Shown: positions 1-10,141, counted from the stretch's first letter. The stretch is 32,000 nt of DNA from Xylella taiwanensis (GCF_013177435.1 NZ_CP053627.1:1080001-1112000), one strand, 5' to 3'. Translations and numbers: made by a program. Notes: generated by a model from the sequence alone, not told the origin.

Positions 1-466
1 TGCCATGGGAGCGTATGTTGTTGCATTCACCACGTCCGAATCAAAGCGTGAGGATGCCAAGGCGCTGGGAGCCGACGAGGTGGTGGTGTCGCGTCATCAG
101 CAAGACATGGCCGCCCATGCAAAGAGTTTCGATTTGATCCTGAATACCGTGGCGGCCCCACATTCTCTTGATACGTTCCTGACGTTGCTAAAGCGGGACG
201 GCACCTTGACCCTGGTAGGTGCACCGGCCACGCCGCATCCTTCACCCGAAGTCTTCAACCTGATTTTTAAGCGCCGTTCGATTGCTGGGTCGTTGATTGG
301 CGGTATCGCTGAAACACAGGAAATGCTGGATTTCTGTGCCAAACATGGCATCGTTGCGGATATTGAATTGATCCGTGCCGACCGGATCAATGATGCCTAC
401 GAACGGATGTTGAAAGGTGATGTGAAGTACCGTTTCGTGATTGATAACGCGACCTTGGCCGCTTGA
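1..466 (+). CDS. yahK: NADP-dependent Zn-type alcohol/aldehyde reductase (YahK / cinnamyl-alcohol-dehydrogenase family), C-terminal part; 5' end outside window
   Basis: The frame of ORF 5..466 stays open back to nt 2, so the gene starts upstream of the window. The translation (AYVVAFTTSESKREDAKALGADEVV..LNTVAAPHSLD..LVGAPATPH..EMLDFCAKHGIVADIELIRADRINDAYERMLKGDVKYRFVIDN) is nearly colinear with the C-terminal half of E. coli YahK as I remember it. Confidence 0.9.
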   Translation, partial: AMGAYVVAFTTSESKREDAKALGADEVVVSRHQQDMAAHAKSFDLILNTVAAPHSLDTFLTLLKRDGTLTLVGAPATPHPSPEVFNLIFKRRSIAGSLIGGIAETQEMLDFCAKHGIVADIELIRADRINDAYERMLKGDVKYRFVIDNATLAA

Positions 467-558
467 TTAAACATTATCCATTGATGCAACAGTGCCTTTC
501 TTTTGCCTGTCTTTGGATTTTTTCCATTACCACACATTGATCATGGAGTAGCAACATC

Positions 559-1524
559 ATGTATGTCGTTGGATTGAACACCTACGGTGGCCCAGATGTA
601 CTGCGTCTCATGCAGCTTCCTGACCCGCACCCTGGATTGGGGCAGGTCCGTATCAGGGTGCGTGCGGCTGGGGTCAATCCAGTCGATGTGATGGTACGCG
701 AGGGTTCTTATGCGCAACAATTTGCCCAGGCGCAGCCACCGTTTGTTCCTGGTATGGATATTGCCGGGACCATCGACGAGGTAGGTGAAGACATTGATCC
801 AAGTTGCGGAATCACGATCGGACAGGATGTTGTCGGCGTAGTGGATAACTACGGCAGCTACGGTGGTTATAGCCAGTACGTATGTCTCCCTGCGGCTTCG
901 GTGATTCCGGTTCCAGGCGGTGCTACATTCCCTGCAGCAGCGTCGTTTCTGATGAATGCACTGACTGCTCGTAGTGCTTTGGATACATTGGGCCTGCCGC
1001 CAGATTCCACACTACTGGTCACGGGTGCTGCCGGTGCGGTTGGTACTTATACCGTTGCATTGGCGGCCGCTGAAGGCTTACGTGTCGTCGCGATCGCTGC
1101 GAAGGAGGATGCGCGTTTGCTGCGTTCTACTGGTGCCATTGAGATCATTGAACGTGGACACGATGTTGCTGCACGGGTACGGCATGCTTTCCCAGAGGGG
1201 GTTGATGCTGTAGTGGATGCTGCGCTTTTGTACAAACAGATTGCGCCTACTGTCCGTGACAACGGGACGCTCATCTACTTGCGTCAAGGAAACGACACTG
1301 GTCTGGATCGCGGTATTCGGGCGGTGTTCGTGAGGGTGCGTCAGCGTGTCACTGACCATGCCGCCATTGTGCGTCTCGGTCAGCAAGCATCTGACGGACT
1401 CTTGCCGATGCGGGTTGCTGCGACGTTTCCCGCCGTTGCGGCGGCGGCGGCCCATCGGCGTCTTGCCGAAGGTGGTCTACGTGGACGCATCATTCTCGAT
1501 TTCGACGAACTCCATAAGCATTGA
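559..1524 (+). CDS. MDR-superfamily NAD(P)H:quinone-oxidoreductase-like protein (321 aa)
   Basis: Intact 321-aa ORF with GGAG about 10 nt upstream of ATG 559. It has the zeta-crystallin/Qor-type layout: an N-terminal GroES-like segment (VRIRVRAAGVNPVD) and the dinucleotide loop VTGAAGAVG. Confidence 0.85.
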   Translation: MYVVGLNTYGGPDVLRLMQLPDPHPGLGQVRIRVRAAGVNPVDVMVREGSYAQQFAQAQPPFVPGMDIAGTIDEVGEDIDPSCGITIGQDVVGVVDNYGSYGGYSQYVCLPAASVIPVPGGATFPAAASFLMNALTARSALDTLGLPPDSTLLVTGAAGAVGTYTVALAAAEGLRVVAIAAKEDARLLRSTGAIEIIERGHDVAARVRHAFPEGVDAVVDAALLYKQIAPTVRDNGTLIYLRQGNDTGLDRGIRAVFVRVRQRVTDHAAIVRLGQQASDGLLPMRVAATFPAVAAAAAHRRLAEGGLRGRIILDFDELHKH

Positions 1525-2650
1525 TCAGCAGTGCGGTTTTTTCGATGCTGATGACAATATCAGGACATGGAAAGCCGTTGTTGCGTGCGGTGTGTGTATT
1601 CATCGCATCCGCATTCATACCAATCAGCCTGATCACGGCCATCGTGATTGACCTGCGCATCAGCGAAGCTCAGGCCGGGCAGGTGATTTCGATTTTCAGA
1701 GTGTTTGCTTGCTGACCAGCCTGTGCATTGTGTCGTTGCGGTGCGACTCGACCGAAAGGCATTGCTGCTGTGAATGGTCGTGTTTGGAACGGTGTTGGCA
1801 TGTGCGTCGGATGCTGTGGTGTTCATGATTGCTTGGTGTGACCGATGGTGACTCTGCGCCGATGTTGGTAACGATGGCGTTGCGGTGCGTGCTGGATCCT
1901 CAGGTTTCACATGTGTCGACAATCATGCGATGACTGCGGTTGTGGCTGCACCCGTGGCACGTTTCCCTGGGGTAATCATGGGATAGCGCGGCGCAGGCTT
2001 TTACATTGTTCCAGTGGCAGCCATCGCCTGGTGGATTGTCGGATGGCGCTTTGTTCCGTGAGGACTGCAAACAGGCCCGGTTCCGGCCATGTCTGCATGT
2101 TGCTGAAGCGGTTTTCCATTGCACATGAGGTATGACAGCAGTCGGCATCTTCTGTATGGGCCTGTTCGCGCGGTGCGCTTCTCTGCCTCCTTTCCTTGAA
2201 GTAGCGACTCGCGTGGATGCATCCACGCTTCCGTGTGTGCTTCCCGTCATCGGCAGGCCTGGTTTCATCGGAGTTCGCCTGATTGGAAGGTGACTGAACG
2301 TTGGTCTTTACTCGGTGCTGATCTTTCATCTCTGGAGGAATGCCAGCGATTGCCATGGGGCTCGTTTGATGCGTGGTGGTAGTGACTGCGATTCTTCTTG
2401 GCATCCTGGGGCTGCGGGTAACCGTACCCTCATGGTTTAGCTGACATGATTGACTGAAAGTGCTCCCCCAGAACGCGGAAGATGACAGCGGTGATTCAAA
2501 TTGTGGTCACGCTGGGGGTAACCGTTGTCGGTTTTGTATTCGACATGAGCGGCTATCAGGGGAGCTTCGATGTCAGCACAATTCTGCGCTGCGATTCTTG
2601 TTGTTCTGATGGCACGTGCTGGGTCGCACTCGCCATCCGTAACAACAGTC
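1521..2650 (+). pseudogene. Decayed MFS transporter (DHA1/AraJ-YdhP-like) broken by several frameshifts and in-frame stops
   Basis: MFS-like segments appear in the correct order but in different frames. (1) ORF 1521..1715: LLRAVCVFIASAFIPISLITAIVIDLRISEAQAGQVISIF, a typical TM1 / loop / TM2 start. (2) Next frame: VAVRLDRKALLL*MVVFGTVLACASDAVVFMIAW, with an internal TGA. (3) Around 2130-2290: MTAVGIFCMGLFARCASLPPFLEVATRVDASTLPCVLPVIGRPGFIGVRLIGR*, which matches the TM7-TM8 region of such pumps. (4) ORF 2482..: IQIVVTLGVTVVGFVFDMSGYQGSF, a C-terminal TM11-12 pattern. No single frame is open for more than about 90 codons. Confidence 0.6.
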
Positions 2651-2969
2651 AGTCGATGATGCACATCGAGCCCGATGTATGGGACTGCGTCATCTGCATT
2701 GTTTTCTTTTGCTGTAAAGGCACGTGTGATCGCATGAGCTGCCACTGACGGCCTCACGTCCAGTGAGTGATGGCCTTTCCAGAACGACATCCTGCGATCA
2801 CGGTTTTCTACCTTGTTCAGCCGTGTGTCGCCTAAGCGGGATTGGCGATTGGGACGCGAGGGTTCTGGTATTGCTGTGACAGCATGAGAGCACCCAAGCC
2901 TTGACAGCGGCACTTCAAGCACGATGGGTCGATTTTGCGATCTGCTTTCTTTCTGGGCATGATCAATAC

Positions 2970-3554
2970 ATGTCGTATGCCTGTTTGCTTCCGCCATTCT
3001 TTTTGCACCGTGTTCATCGTGTCGCCCTCGTGTTGGCGTTGTTGTTGACCATGCCCGTGACGCTCGCCTTGGCTCAGCCGGCGGGTGTGTCTGCAACAAC
3101 GACAGGGGATGCTTGGATCGACCAGCAGTTGCCTGACCTGGATGTTTATGCCAAGCATTATCCAGACAGCTTCATTGATGAACTGGCACGCTATATCGGA
3201 ATACCGCACGCCGAAGCGCAGATGCTGCTGAAACAGGGATGGCGTGCGGCTGATGTGTACTTCGCTGGTGCTTGGGCACTGATCACGCGGCAACCATTGC
3301 ATGCGGTGTTGCAGGTATACCAGGCACACTTACAGGAGGGGTGGCATGCCGCTCTGGCGATCCTACCGGTGGCGCCAGAGAATACCTACTATCGTGCGTT
3401 GCGCCATATATTAGTGACAAGCTACGACCATTGGGACCGTCCCATTGTGTTGGATGCTTTACTGCGTCGTCAGCTAGGCGACCGTGCACAACGCTTGGCT
3501 GCCGCTCGGGCGGCGGCTGAAGCAGCGGTGGCTGCACAACAGTCCGGGCTGTAG
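2970..3554 (+). CDS. Hypothetical secreted protein (194 aa from ATG 2970; the ORF could also start at TTG 2901)
   Basis: Long ORF with normal amino-acid composition. From ATG 2970 the N-terminus looks like a Sec signal peptide (HRVHR, then VALVLALLLTMPVTLALA, then QP). I do not recognise the family. The C-terminus is Ala-rich (AARAAAEAAVAAQQ). Confidence 0.55.
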   Translation: MSYACLLPPFFLHRVHRVALVLALLLTMPVTLALAQPAGVSATTTGDAWIDQQLPDLDVYAKHYPDSFIDELARYIGIPHAEAQMLLKQGWRAADVYFAGAWALITRQPLHAVLQVYQAHLQEGWHAALAILPVAPENTYYRALRHILVTSYDHWDRPIVLDALLRRQLGDRAQRLAAARAAAEAAVAAQQSGL

Positions 3555-3720
3555 CATTTTCTCGGAGGATATGAGGCTTACCCTAAGAGGGAGGTAGTCG
3601 GTTATATGCGGTCGTGGCGGGCATGCGTTGCTGGCATCTTTGTCAGTGATGACGCCGCGCTTACGATGAGATGCATCGCGTGTCACCGTATAACCTGTTT
3701 CCTGAATCGGGTCGCTGCAA

Positions 3721-6700
3721 TCACTGTGAACGTGCCACGCTGTTTTTACCTCGCCACACGTGCCAACGTTCGCTCAGACAGGAGAAGATGACGTACAGCG
3801 CTGGGGTGCTGAAGAGCGTCAAACTTTGCGAGATCAATAATCCGCCCATCATTGCGATGCCTAGTGGACGGCGCAGCTCGGCACCTTCGCCCACGCCGAT
3901 GGCCAGCGGCATGGCCGCCAGGATGGCGACCATGCTGGTCATCATGATCGGACGAAAGCGTACGATTGAGGCTGCGCGCATGGCTGCACGCGGTTCCAAT
4001 CCGTGTTCGCGCTGCGCCACCAGCGCGAAATCAATCATCATGATGGCGTTCTTTTTGACGATGCCGATCAGCAGCACCAGTGCGATCATCGAAATCGTTG
4101 ACAGTTCGGTGTTAGTGACAAACAGGGCCAGCAATGCCCCCATACCGGCCGCAGGCAACGAGGATAAGATCGTGATCGGATGGATGAGGCTCTCGTAGAG
4201 CATGCCCAGTACGATGTACATGGCGATGAGTGTGATGATGAGTAGCACCTTCATCGTGTTTGGGCTCAGATCCTGGTTGGAGCTGTTGTCCCCAGCGATG
4301 CGGATATCACCCGGTAGGCGTAATCCTTTGATGGCGGCCTCAATGATCGCTTCGGCCTCACCGCTGCTAACGCCTGGGGCGAGGTTGTAGCTCAAGTCCA
4401 GCGTCGTGTACTGGTTGTCATGTTTGATCTGCGGGGGTGTCAGCCCCGGCACCTGGTGTGCAACAGCGGTGATGGGTACCATTTTGCCGCTACGGTTAGG
4501 GACTTGGATGTTGTCCAGTGCTGCTGGCGTGGCGCTTTGAGAGGCTAATGCGTTGATGACCACCGTGTATTGATTGGTATCGGAGTAAATGGTGGAGATC
4601 TGGCGTTGACCGAAGGCACCGTACAGTGCGCCGTCAATCGCGCCGATTGAAATGCCCATCTGTGCCGCTTTGGCACGGTCGATCACAATGTTCTGGCGCA
4701 GTCCAGCGGTATCCATATCGCTGCCAACGTCACGCAATTTCGGATTTTGTTTCAGCATCTCTTGCAACTTTGGTAACCATTCTTCTAGTTGTTTTAGGTC
4801 GTTGCCCTGGAGCGAAACACGATATTGGGCTCCCTGACTGGTACCGCCGCCACCGACATCGTGCAGATCCTGGACGGTGCGCAGCCGCAGTGCCAAGTCA
4901 GGGTAGTGTGCGGCTTTGGTGCTGAGCCGCACCACCACGGTATCGGTGCTTTCGCGGCGGCCTTCGGCACGAGTTTTCAACTCGATGTTGAACGAAGTGC
5001 CCGAACCCCGGCGGCCTGAGCCCATGCGTACCCCAACGCTCTTGACGGCTGGGTCAGCGAGCAGCATTTCAGTGATACGGCGTTGACGGTTGACCATGTC
5101 CTCAAACGCCACTGTTGTACTGGAGTTGGCGCGGCCTTGAATCAAGCCGGTGTCTTGGGGCGGAAAGCCGCCTTTCTTGATGGCTCCGGCAAGCATGACG
5201 GTCAACACAATCAACAACAGCGGCGTCAGTGCCAGTAACAGCGCGTGACGCAAAGAGAAGTCCAGCGCCGCCGTATACAGATGGAGGATGTGCGTGTAGA
5301 TACGTTCCAGCCAAGCGTCGGCGCCGTTGGATTTTTCCGGTGCGACGTGCGCGGATAGGAAGCGGCTGCACAGTGCCGGTGTGAGCGTCAGCGAGACCAA
5401 CATCGAGACAATGATTGCAGCGACCAGGGTGATCGCAAACTCACGGAATAATATGCCGACCATCCCTTGATCGAACAGCAAGGGAATGAACACCACCACC
5501 AACGAAGCGGTGATCGAGACAATGGTGGAGCTGATCTCGCGGGTGCCGGTGAGTGCAGCTTCCATGCGCGACATGCCGGCGTCGAGGTGGCGAGAGATGT
5601 TTTCGATCATCACGATGGCGTCGTCAACCACGAAGCCAATCGCAATGACCAGTGCCAGCAGGGTCAGATTGTTCAGAGTGAAACCGAACGCATACATGAC
5701 GATCGCCGAGCCAGCCAGCGATAGGGGAACCGTCGCTGCGGCGATGACGGTGGGTGCCAGCCGGCGCAGGAACAGTGCCATCGTGAGCACCACCATCGTC
5801 AAGCTGATCAGCAGGGTAGTTTGGATCTCATACAGCGAGGCACGGATGGTCGGGGTACGGTCGAAGTAAGGCGTCAGCACAGTGCCGGGTGGCAGATAGG
5901 TACGTAATGCGGGCAGCTCAGCTTTCACCCGGTCTACGGTTTCAACAATGTTGGCCCCCGCACGGGGGAAGACGTATATCAGCACGGCCCGCTTGCGATT
6001 GAACCAGGCGGCTTGGTAGGTGTCTTGCTGGCCGTCGTAAACCTGGGCGACGTCGCCCAGGCGCACGATACGGCCGTTGGGTTGGGTGGCGATCACCAGG
6101 TGAGCGAAGTCAACAGCCTTAGCGATCGCACTGTTGAGCAGGATCGCGGTCGTGCTGGTGTCGTCGGAAAGAAAACCTGTGGGTGAGGTGACATTGGCGG
6201 CTCGCACAGCGTTGCGTAATTGGTCCGTTGTCAGGCCCAGCGCGTTGAGTGCCTGCATATCCACATCCACCCGTATCGCTGGGGTTGAGGCGCCGGCGAT
6301 ATCCACGGAGCTGATGTCCTGAATCTGGGACAGGTGCTGTGCCAGCAGCGAGTCGGCCACGTTGTACAGCGCATCCACCGACTGTGTTGCGGAAGTCAGA
6401 GTCAGAGCAATCACAGGGTCGTCGTTTGGGTTGGCTTTCTTGTATGACGGGGAGGACAGCCCGGAGGGCAGATCAGCTTGCGCTGCGTTGATGGCGGCTT
6501 GGACGTCTTGTGCGGCCGCGTCAATATTGCGGCTGTTCTGGAACACTAGAAATACGGTGCTGTTGCCCTCCGAGCTGGAAGAGCGCATGCGTTTGATGCC
6601 GGGAATCTGTCCTAGATAACGTTCTAACGGGGCGGTGACCGTGGACGCCATGGTGCTGGCGTCAGCGCCCGCCTGGGAGGCGTTGATAAAAATCACCGGG

Positions 6701-6825
6701 ATCTGAAATTTCGGCAATGGCGCCACACTCAACCGCAGGTAGCAGATCAAGCCGATGACAAACACGCCGATTGCCAACAATGAAGTGCCGATCGGACGCT
6801 TGATAAACCCGGCAGAGATATTCAT
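3721..6825 (-). CDS. mdtC: RND multidrug efflux transporter, MdtC-type inner-membrane subunit (1034 aa)
   Basis: From the internal ATG at 6825, the N-terminus MNISAGFIKRPIGTSLL...APLPKFQIPVIFINASQAGADASTMASTVTAPLERYLGQIPG...DVQAAINAAQADLPSGL is colinear with E. coli MdtC as I remember it. The 47-codon upstream extension in the ORF track (to 6966) overlaps mdtB and is Arg/His/Pro-rich junk. A G-rich Shine-Dalgarno-like run (GGGGG) lies about 9 nt upstream of 6825. Confidence 0.9.
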   Translation of the reverse strand: MNISAGFIKRPIGTSLLAIGVFVIGLICYLRLSVAPLPKFQIPVIFINASQAGADASTMASTVTAPLERYLGQIPGIKRMRSSSSEGNSTVFLVFQNSRNIDAAAQDVQAAINAAQADLPSGLSSPSYKKANPNDDPVIALTLTSATQSVDALYNVADSLLAQHLSQIQDISSVDIAGASTPAIRVDVDMQALNALGLTTDQLRNAVRAANVTSPTGFLSDDTSTTAILLNSAIAKAVDFAHLVIATQPNGRIVRLGDVAQVYDGQQDTYQAAWFNRKRAVLIYVFPRAGANIVETVDRVKAELPALRTYLPPGTVLTPYFDRTPTIRASLYEIQTTLLISLTMVVLTMALFLRRLAPTVIAAATVPLSLAGSAIVMYAFGFTLNNLTLLALVIAIGFVVDDAIVMIENISRHLDAGMSRMEAALTGTREISSTIVSITASLVVVFIPLLFDQGMVGILFREFAITLVAAIIVSMLVSLTLTPALCSRFLSAHVAPEKSNGADAWLERIYTHILHLYTAALDFSLRHALLLALTPLLLIVLTVMLAGAIKKGGFPPQDTGLIQGRANSSTTVAFEDMVNRQRRITEMLLADPAVKSVGVRMGSGRRGSGTSFNIELKTRAEGRRESTDTVVVRLSTKAAHYPDLALRLRTVQDLHDVGGGGTSQGAQYRVSLQGNDLKQLEEWLPKLQEMLKQNPKLRDVGSDMDTAGLRQNIVIDRAKAAQMGISIGAIDGALYGAFGQRQISTIYSDTNQYTVVINALASQSATPAALDNIQVPNRSGKMVPITAVAHQVPGLTPPQIKHDNQYTTLDLSYNLAPGVSSGEAEAIIEAAIKGLRLPGDIRIAGDNSSNQDLSPNTMKVLLIITLIAMYIVLGMLYESLIHPITILSSLPAAGMGALLALFVTNTELSTISMIALVLLIGIVKKNAIMMIDFALVAQREHGLEPRAAMRAASIVRFRPIMMTSMVAILAAMPLAIGVGEGAELRRPLGIAMMGGLLISQSLTLFSTPALYVIFSCLSERWHVWRGKNSVARSQ

Positions 6826-6913
6826 GAAGCTGGACCCCCGGAGTGGAGGACATGAGCCCGGCCTGCACACACGGATGTACCGGCAGGTGCCGGTGTGTGA
6901 ATGGGATGGCGGC

Positions 6914-9900
6914 TCATGTGCGCTCCGGTGTCGCCTGGATCGTGGTGCGGTGTGCGCGCCAGACATGCAGGCGCTCGGACAAGCGCTCGAAGAACAGGTA
7001 GATCACGGGCGTGGTGTACAAGGTGACCAATTGCGACAGCAGCAGGCCACCGACAATGGTGATACCCAACGGACGGCGCAACTCCGCGCCGATGCCATCG
7101 CCCAGCGCCAGCGGCAGTGCGCCGAGCAGTGCCGCGGCGGTGGTCATGATGATCGGACGGAAGCGCAACAGGCAGGCGCGGCGGATTGCATCGTGGGCGT
7201 TGCTCCCGGTGCGACGTGCCTCGATGGCGAAGTCGATCATCATGATCGCGTTTTTCTTAACGATACCAATAAGCAGCACGATGCCGACGATGCCGTCCAC
7301 CGACAGGCTCAGTCCGCACAGCATCAGTGCTAGCAATGCGCCAACACCGGCCGGTGGTAGGGTGGAGATGATCGTCAGAGGATGGATATAACTTTCGTAC
7401 AGCACTCCCAGCACGATGTAGATCAACACAATCGAAGCCACCAGCAGCCATACGATGTCACTCTGGCTACCGGTGAATTCGACCGCTTTACCGATAAATT
7501 GGGCACGCACCTGGGGGGGCATATCTAACTGTGCGCGTGCCTGTTCGATCGCCTTGACGGCCTGGGAAAGGGAATAGCCCTGAGCCAGGTTGAACGAGAT
7601 CGTCACGGCGGGAAGTTGTTGCTGATGGCTGACGACGAGAGGGGCGTTGGTCACCTTGGCGTCGGCAAGCACCGACAGCGGGATGATACGGCCTGCACCG
7701 ACGGTCATACCGGTGTTCTGGTTGCCGATGCCGGTGGCCGTGGAGGAATTCGATGAGACTGCTTGACCGAAGCTTGTGGCATTGCTGCCAGTCAGTGCGC
7801 CGCTGCCGTTGCTAGCTACTCCCAATTGCTGCATCAGTGCGGTGCTGGTGCGGAACTGTGGGTCCACTTCCAGGACCACTCGGTATTGGTTAAGTTCAGT
7901 GAAGATCGTGGAGATCTGACGCTGGCCGAATGCGTCGTAGAGGGTGTCATTGATGGTCTGCATCGGTACGCCAAGGAGGCTGGCCTTGTCACGGTCAACG
8001 GTGATCTGTAATGCACGACCTTGGTCGGCCAAGTTGTTGTCTACGTCGGCCAGTGCCGGAATCTGGCGCATGGCCTCGGTCATCCGTGTGGCCCAGGCCG
8101 CCAGTTCGGTTGCGTTGACGTTCGAGAGCGAGTATTGGTATTCAGTTGCAGCCACGTGGGTGTCCAAGGTGACGTCCTGCACTGGCTTCAGATACAGGGC
8201 GATCCCCGGGATGCCGGCTGCGGCGCGTTGCAGCCGTGGCTGTAGTGTGTTCAATCCCTCACGCTGGTTGCGTGGCTTGAGTACGATCGACAGTTGACCA
8301 TGATTGAGTGTGGGGTTGATGGTGCCAGCGCCGATAAATGCGGCGACGCCTGTGACGGCGGGATCCTTGCGCAGCGCTTCGGCCACGGCTAGGGTGCGTT
8401 GTTCCATCTGTGGGAACGCCACGTTCTGGTCGGCCTGTACCACGCCGATGATGAGTCCGGTATCTTGCTCCGGCAGCAGGCCCTTGGGGATCGTCACATA
8501 CAGCAGTATGGTCAGCGTCACTGTCCCCAGCGCTACGGCCAGAGTCAGTGGTTGGTGCATCAGTACCCAGTCCAAGGTGCGCTCGTATAGGGCGACGGTG
8601 TGCGTCCACAGCGTGGCCTTGCCACCTGGGGTGGTGTGCTCATGGAGTCTTTCACCTTCGGGCAGGGCATCGGGCTTAAGCAGGTAGGCACACATCATCG
8701 GGGTGAGGGTCAGTGACACCAGCATCGAAATAACCACTGCGGTTGACAGTACCCAGGCGAACTCGTGAAACAGCCGGCCCGTGATGCCGGGCATCAACAG
8801 CAGTGGCAGAAACACTGCGACCAGCGAGATGGTGAGCGAGAGTACGGTGAAACCGATCTGACGTGCGCCGATCTCGGCCGCTTCGCGTCCGCTCTTGCCT
8901 TGCTCAATGTAGCGGACGATGTTTTCGATCATCACGATGGCGTCGTCGACGACAAAACCGGTGGCGACGACTAGTGCCATCAGGGAGAGGTTGTCCAGCG
9001 ACATACCGGTAAACGCCATCACGCCGAAGGTCCCGGCCAGCGACAGTGGTACCGCCACCGATGGAATGAGTGTGGCCCACAGCCGGCGTAGGAATACAAA
9101 GATCACCGCCACCACCAAGGCGATGGTGAGCAACAATGTGAATTTCACCTCATGTACGGAGGCGCGGATGGTCTCGGTGCGGTCGGAGAAGACGTCAAGA
9201 CGGACATCGGCGGGCAGCACGGCACGCAGCTGTGGGAGGATCGCGTGGATTTGTTCGACGGTCTGGATGATGTTGGCGCCGGGTTGGCGGCGGATTTCCA
9301 GCAGCACGGCTTGTTGCCCGTCGGACCAGGCGGCGATCTGGTCATTCTCGACGCCGTCTACCACATTGGCGACATCCGACAGGCGCACCGGACGTCCATT
9401 CTGGTAATGGATGATGGTGTCGCGATATTGCGCAGCATCTTTGAGCTGATCGTTAGTACCGATGCTGTAGGACTGAGTCTTGCCATTGAGCGAGCCCTTG
9501 GGTGCGCTGACGTTGGCTTGTGTCAGCGTATTGCGCAGCGCTTCCATGGTGAGGCCCATGCTGGATAGCTGGGTAGGATTGACTTGGATCCGTACGGCTG
9601 GTCGGACGTTGCCAGCAATCGAGACCAGACCCACGCCTGGTATTTGTGACAGGCGCTGGGCCAAGATGGTGTCGGCGTATGTGTTGATGTCGCGTAGTGG
9701 CAGTGTATCGGAGGTGAGGGTGAGGGTGAGGATGGCCGCATCGGCTGGGTTCACCCGGTTGTAGATCGGCTGGTGGGGCAGTGATGAGGGGAGCGTGGCT
9801 TGATGGATCGCTGCTTGCACGTCTTGTGCGGCGATATCGAGGTTTTTTTGTGTTGAGAATTGCAGGATGATCGTTGACAAGCCGGCCGAGGAATCAGAGC

Positions 9901-10141
9901 TCATCATGTCCAAGCCGGAAATCTGCCCGAGCTGGTGTTCCAGGGGGGTGGTCACCAGTGAGGCCATTGTGTTGGCGTTGGCACCCGGGTATTGAGTGGT
10001 GACAACCAGGCTGGGGGCATCCACCTCCGGGAGCGCCGACATCGGTAATTGCTTGTAGCCTAGGATCCCAAGCAGGAGTACGCCGGCCATCAGCAGGGAA
10101 GTGGCGATGGGGCGGCGGATGAAGATCGTCGAAAAGCCCAC
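6914..10141 (-). CDS. mdtB: RND multidrug efflux transporter, MdtB-type inner-membrane subunit (1075 aa from GTG 10141; the ORF track starts at TTG 10159)
   Basis: Full-length RND permease pattern (FIRRPIATSLLMAG..., DVQAAIHQA, VDDAIVMIENI, GIVKKNAIMMIDFA). GTG 10141 has AAGGA 8 nt upstream, whereas TTG 10159 has no Shine-Dalgarno sequence. It sits between the adaptor gene and mdtC, as in mdtABC operons. Confidence 0.9.
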   Translation of the reverse strand: MGFSTIFIRRPIATSLLMAGVLLLGILGYKQLPMSALPEVDAPSLVVTTQYPGANANTMASLVTTPLEHQLGQISGLDMMSSDSSAGLSTIILQFSTQKNLDIAAQDVQAAIHQATLPSSLPHQPIYNRVNPADAAILTLTLTSDTLPLRDINTYADTILAQRLSQIPGVGLVSIAGNVRPAVRIQVNPTQLSSMGLTMEALRNTLTQANVSAPKGSLNGKTQSYSIGTNDQLKDAAQYRDTIIHYQNGRPVRLSDVANVVDGVENDQIAAWSDGQQAVLLEIRRQPGANIIQTVEQIHAILPQLRAVLPADVRLDVFSDRTETIRASVHEVKFTLLLTIALVVAVIFVFLRRLWATLIPSVAVPLSLAGTFGVMAFTGMSLDNLSLMALVVATGFVVDDAIVMIENIVRYIEQGKSGREAAEIGARQIGFTVLSLTISLVAVFLPLLLMPGITGRLFHEFAWVLSTAVVISMLVSLTLTPMMCAYLLKPDALPEGERLHEHTTPGGKATLWTHTVALYERTLDWVLMHQPLTLAVALGTVTLTILLYVTIPKGLLPEQDTGLIIGVVQADQNVAFPQMEQRTLAVAEALRKDPAVTGVAAFIGAGTINPTLNHGQLSIVLKPRNQREGLNTLQPRLQRAAAGIPGIALYLKPVQDVTLDTHVAATEYQYSLSNVNATELAAWATRMTEAMRQIPALADVDNNLADQGRALQITVDRDKASLLGVPMQTINDTLYDAFGQRQISTIFTELNQYRVVLEVDPQFRTSTALMQQLGVASNGSGALTGSNATSFGQAVSSNSSTATGIGNQNTGMTVGAGRIIPLSVLADAKVTNAPLVVSHQQQLPAVTISFNLAQGYSLSQAVKAIEQARAQLDMPPQVRAQFIGKAVEFTGSQSDIVWLLVASIVLIYIVLGVLYESYIHPLTIISTLPPAGVGALLALMLCGLSLSVDGIVGIVLLIGIVKKNAIMMIDFAIEARRTGSNAHDAIRRACLLRFRPIIMTTAAALLGALPLALGDGIGAELRRPLGITIVGGLLLSQLVTLYTTPVIYLFFERLSERLHVWRAHRTTIQATPERT

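Noticed and set aside
2437-3099. 220-aa minus-strand ORF
   Set aside because: Its composition is Arg/His/Thr/Pro-heavy with no recognisable motifs. It overlaps the MFS relic on one side and the signal-peptide region of the + strand hypothetical gene on the other. It looks like a shadow ORF.
3555-3720. Possible bidirectional terminator between the convergent hypothetical gene and mdtC (GGTTATATGCGG at about 3599 and CCGTATAACC at about 3685)
   Set aside because: The arms are about 85 nt apart and imperfect, with no adjacent T-runs on either strand. This is not a convincing terminator.
3671-4198. 175-aa + strand ORF antisense to mdtC, and similar antisense ORFs inside the RND genes (e.g. 5486..5869, 6755..7333, 7011..7391, 8919..9407)
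   Set aside because: These are typical antisense shadow frames of long, GC-biased genes. They have repetitive Ala/Arg/Ser/Met composition, no ribosome-binding sites, and are fully contained in well-supported RND genes.
6826-6966. N-terminal extensions offered by the ORF track for mdtC (to 6966), gumF (from 25903), leuC (from 16088), gumB (from 20854), gumH (from 27516) and gumE (from 24695)
   Set aside because: In each case an internal start has a better ribosome-binding site and matches the N-terminus of homologues. The extensions overlap the upstream gene or have junk composition.
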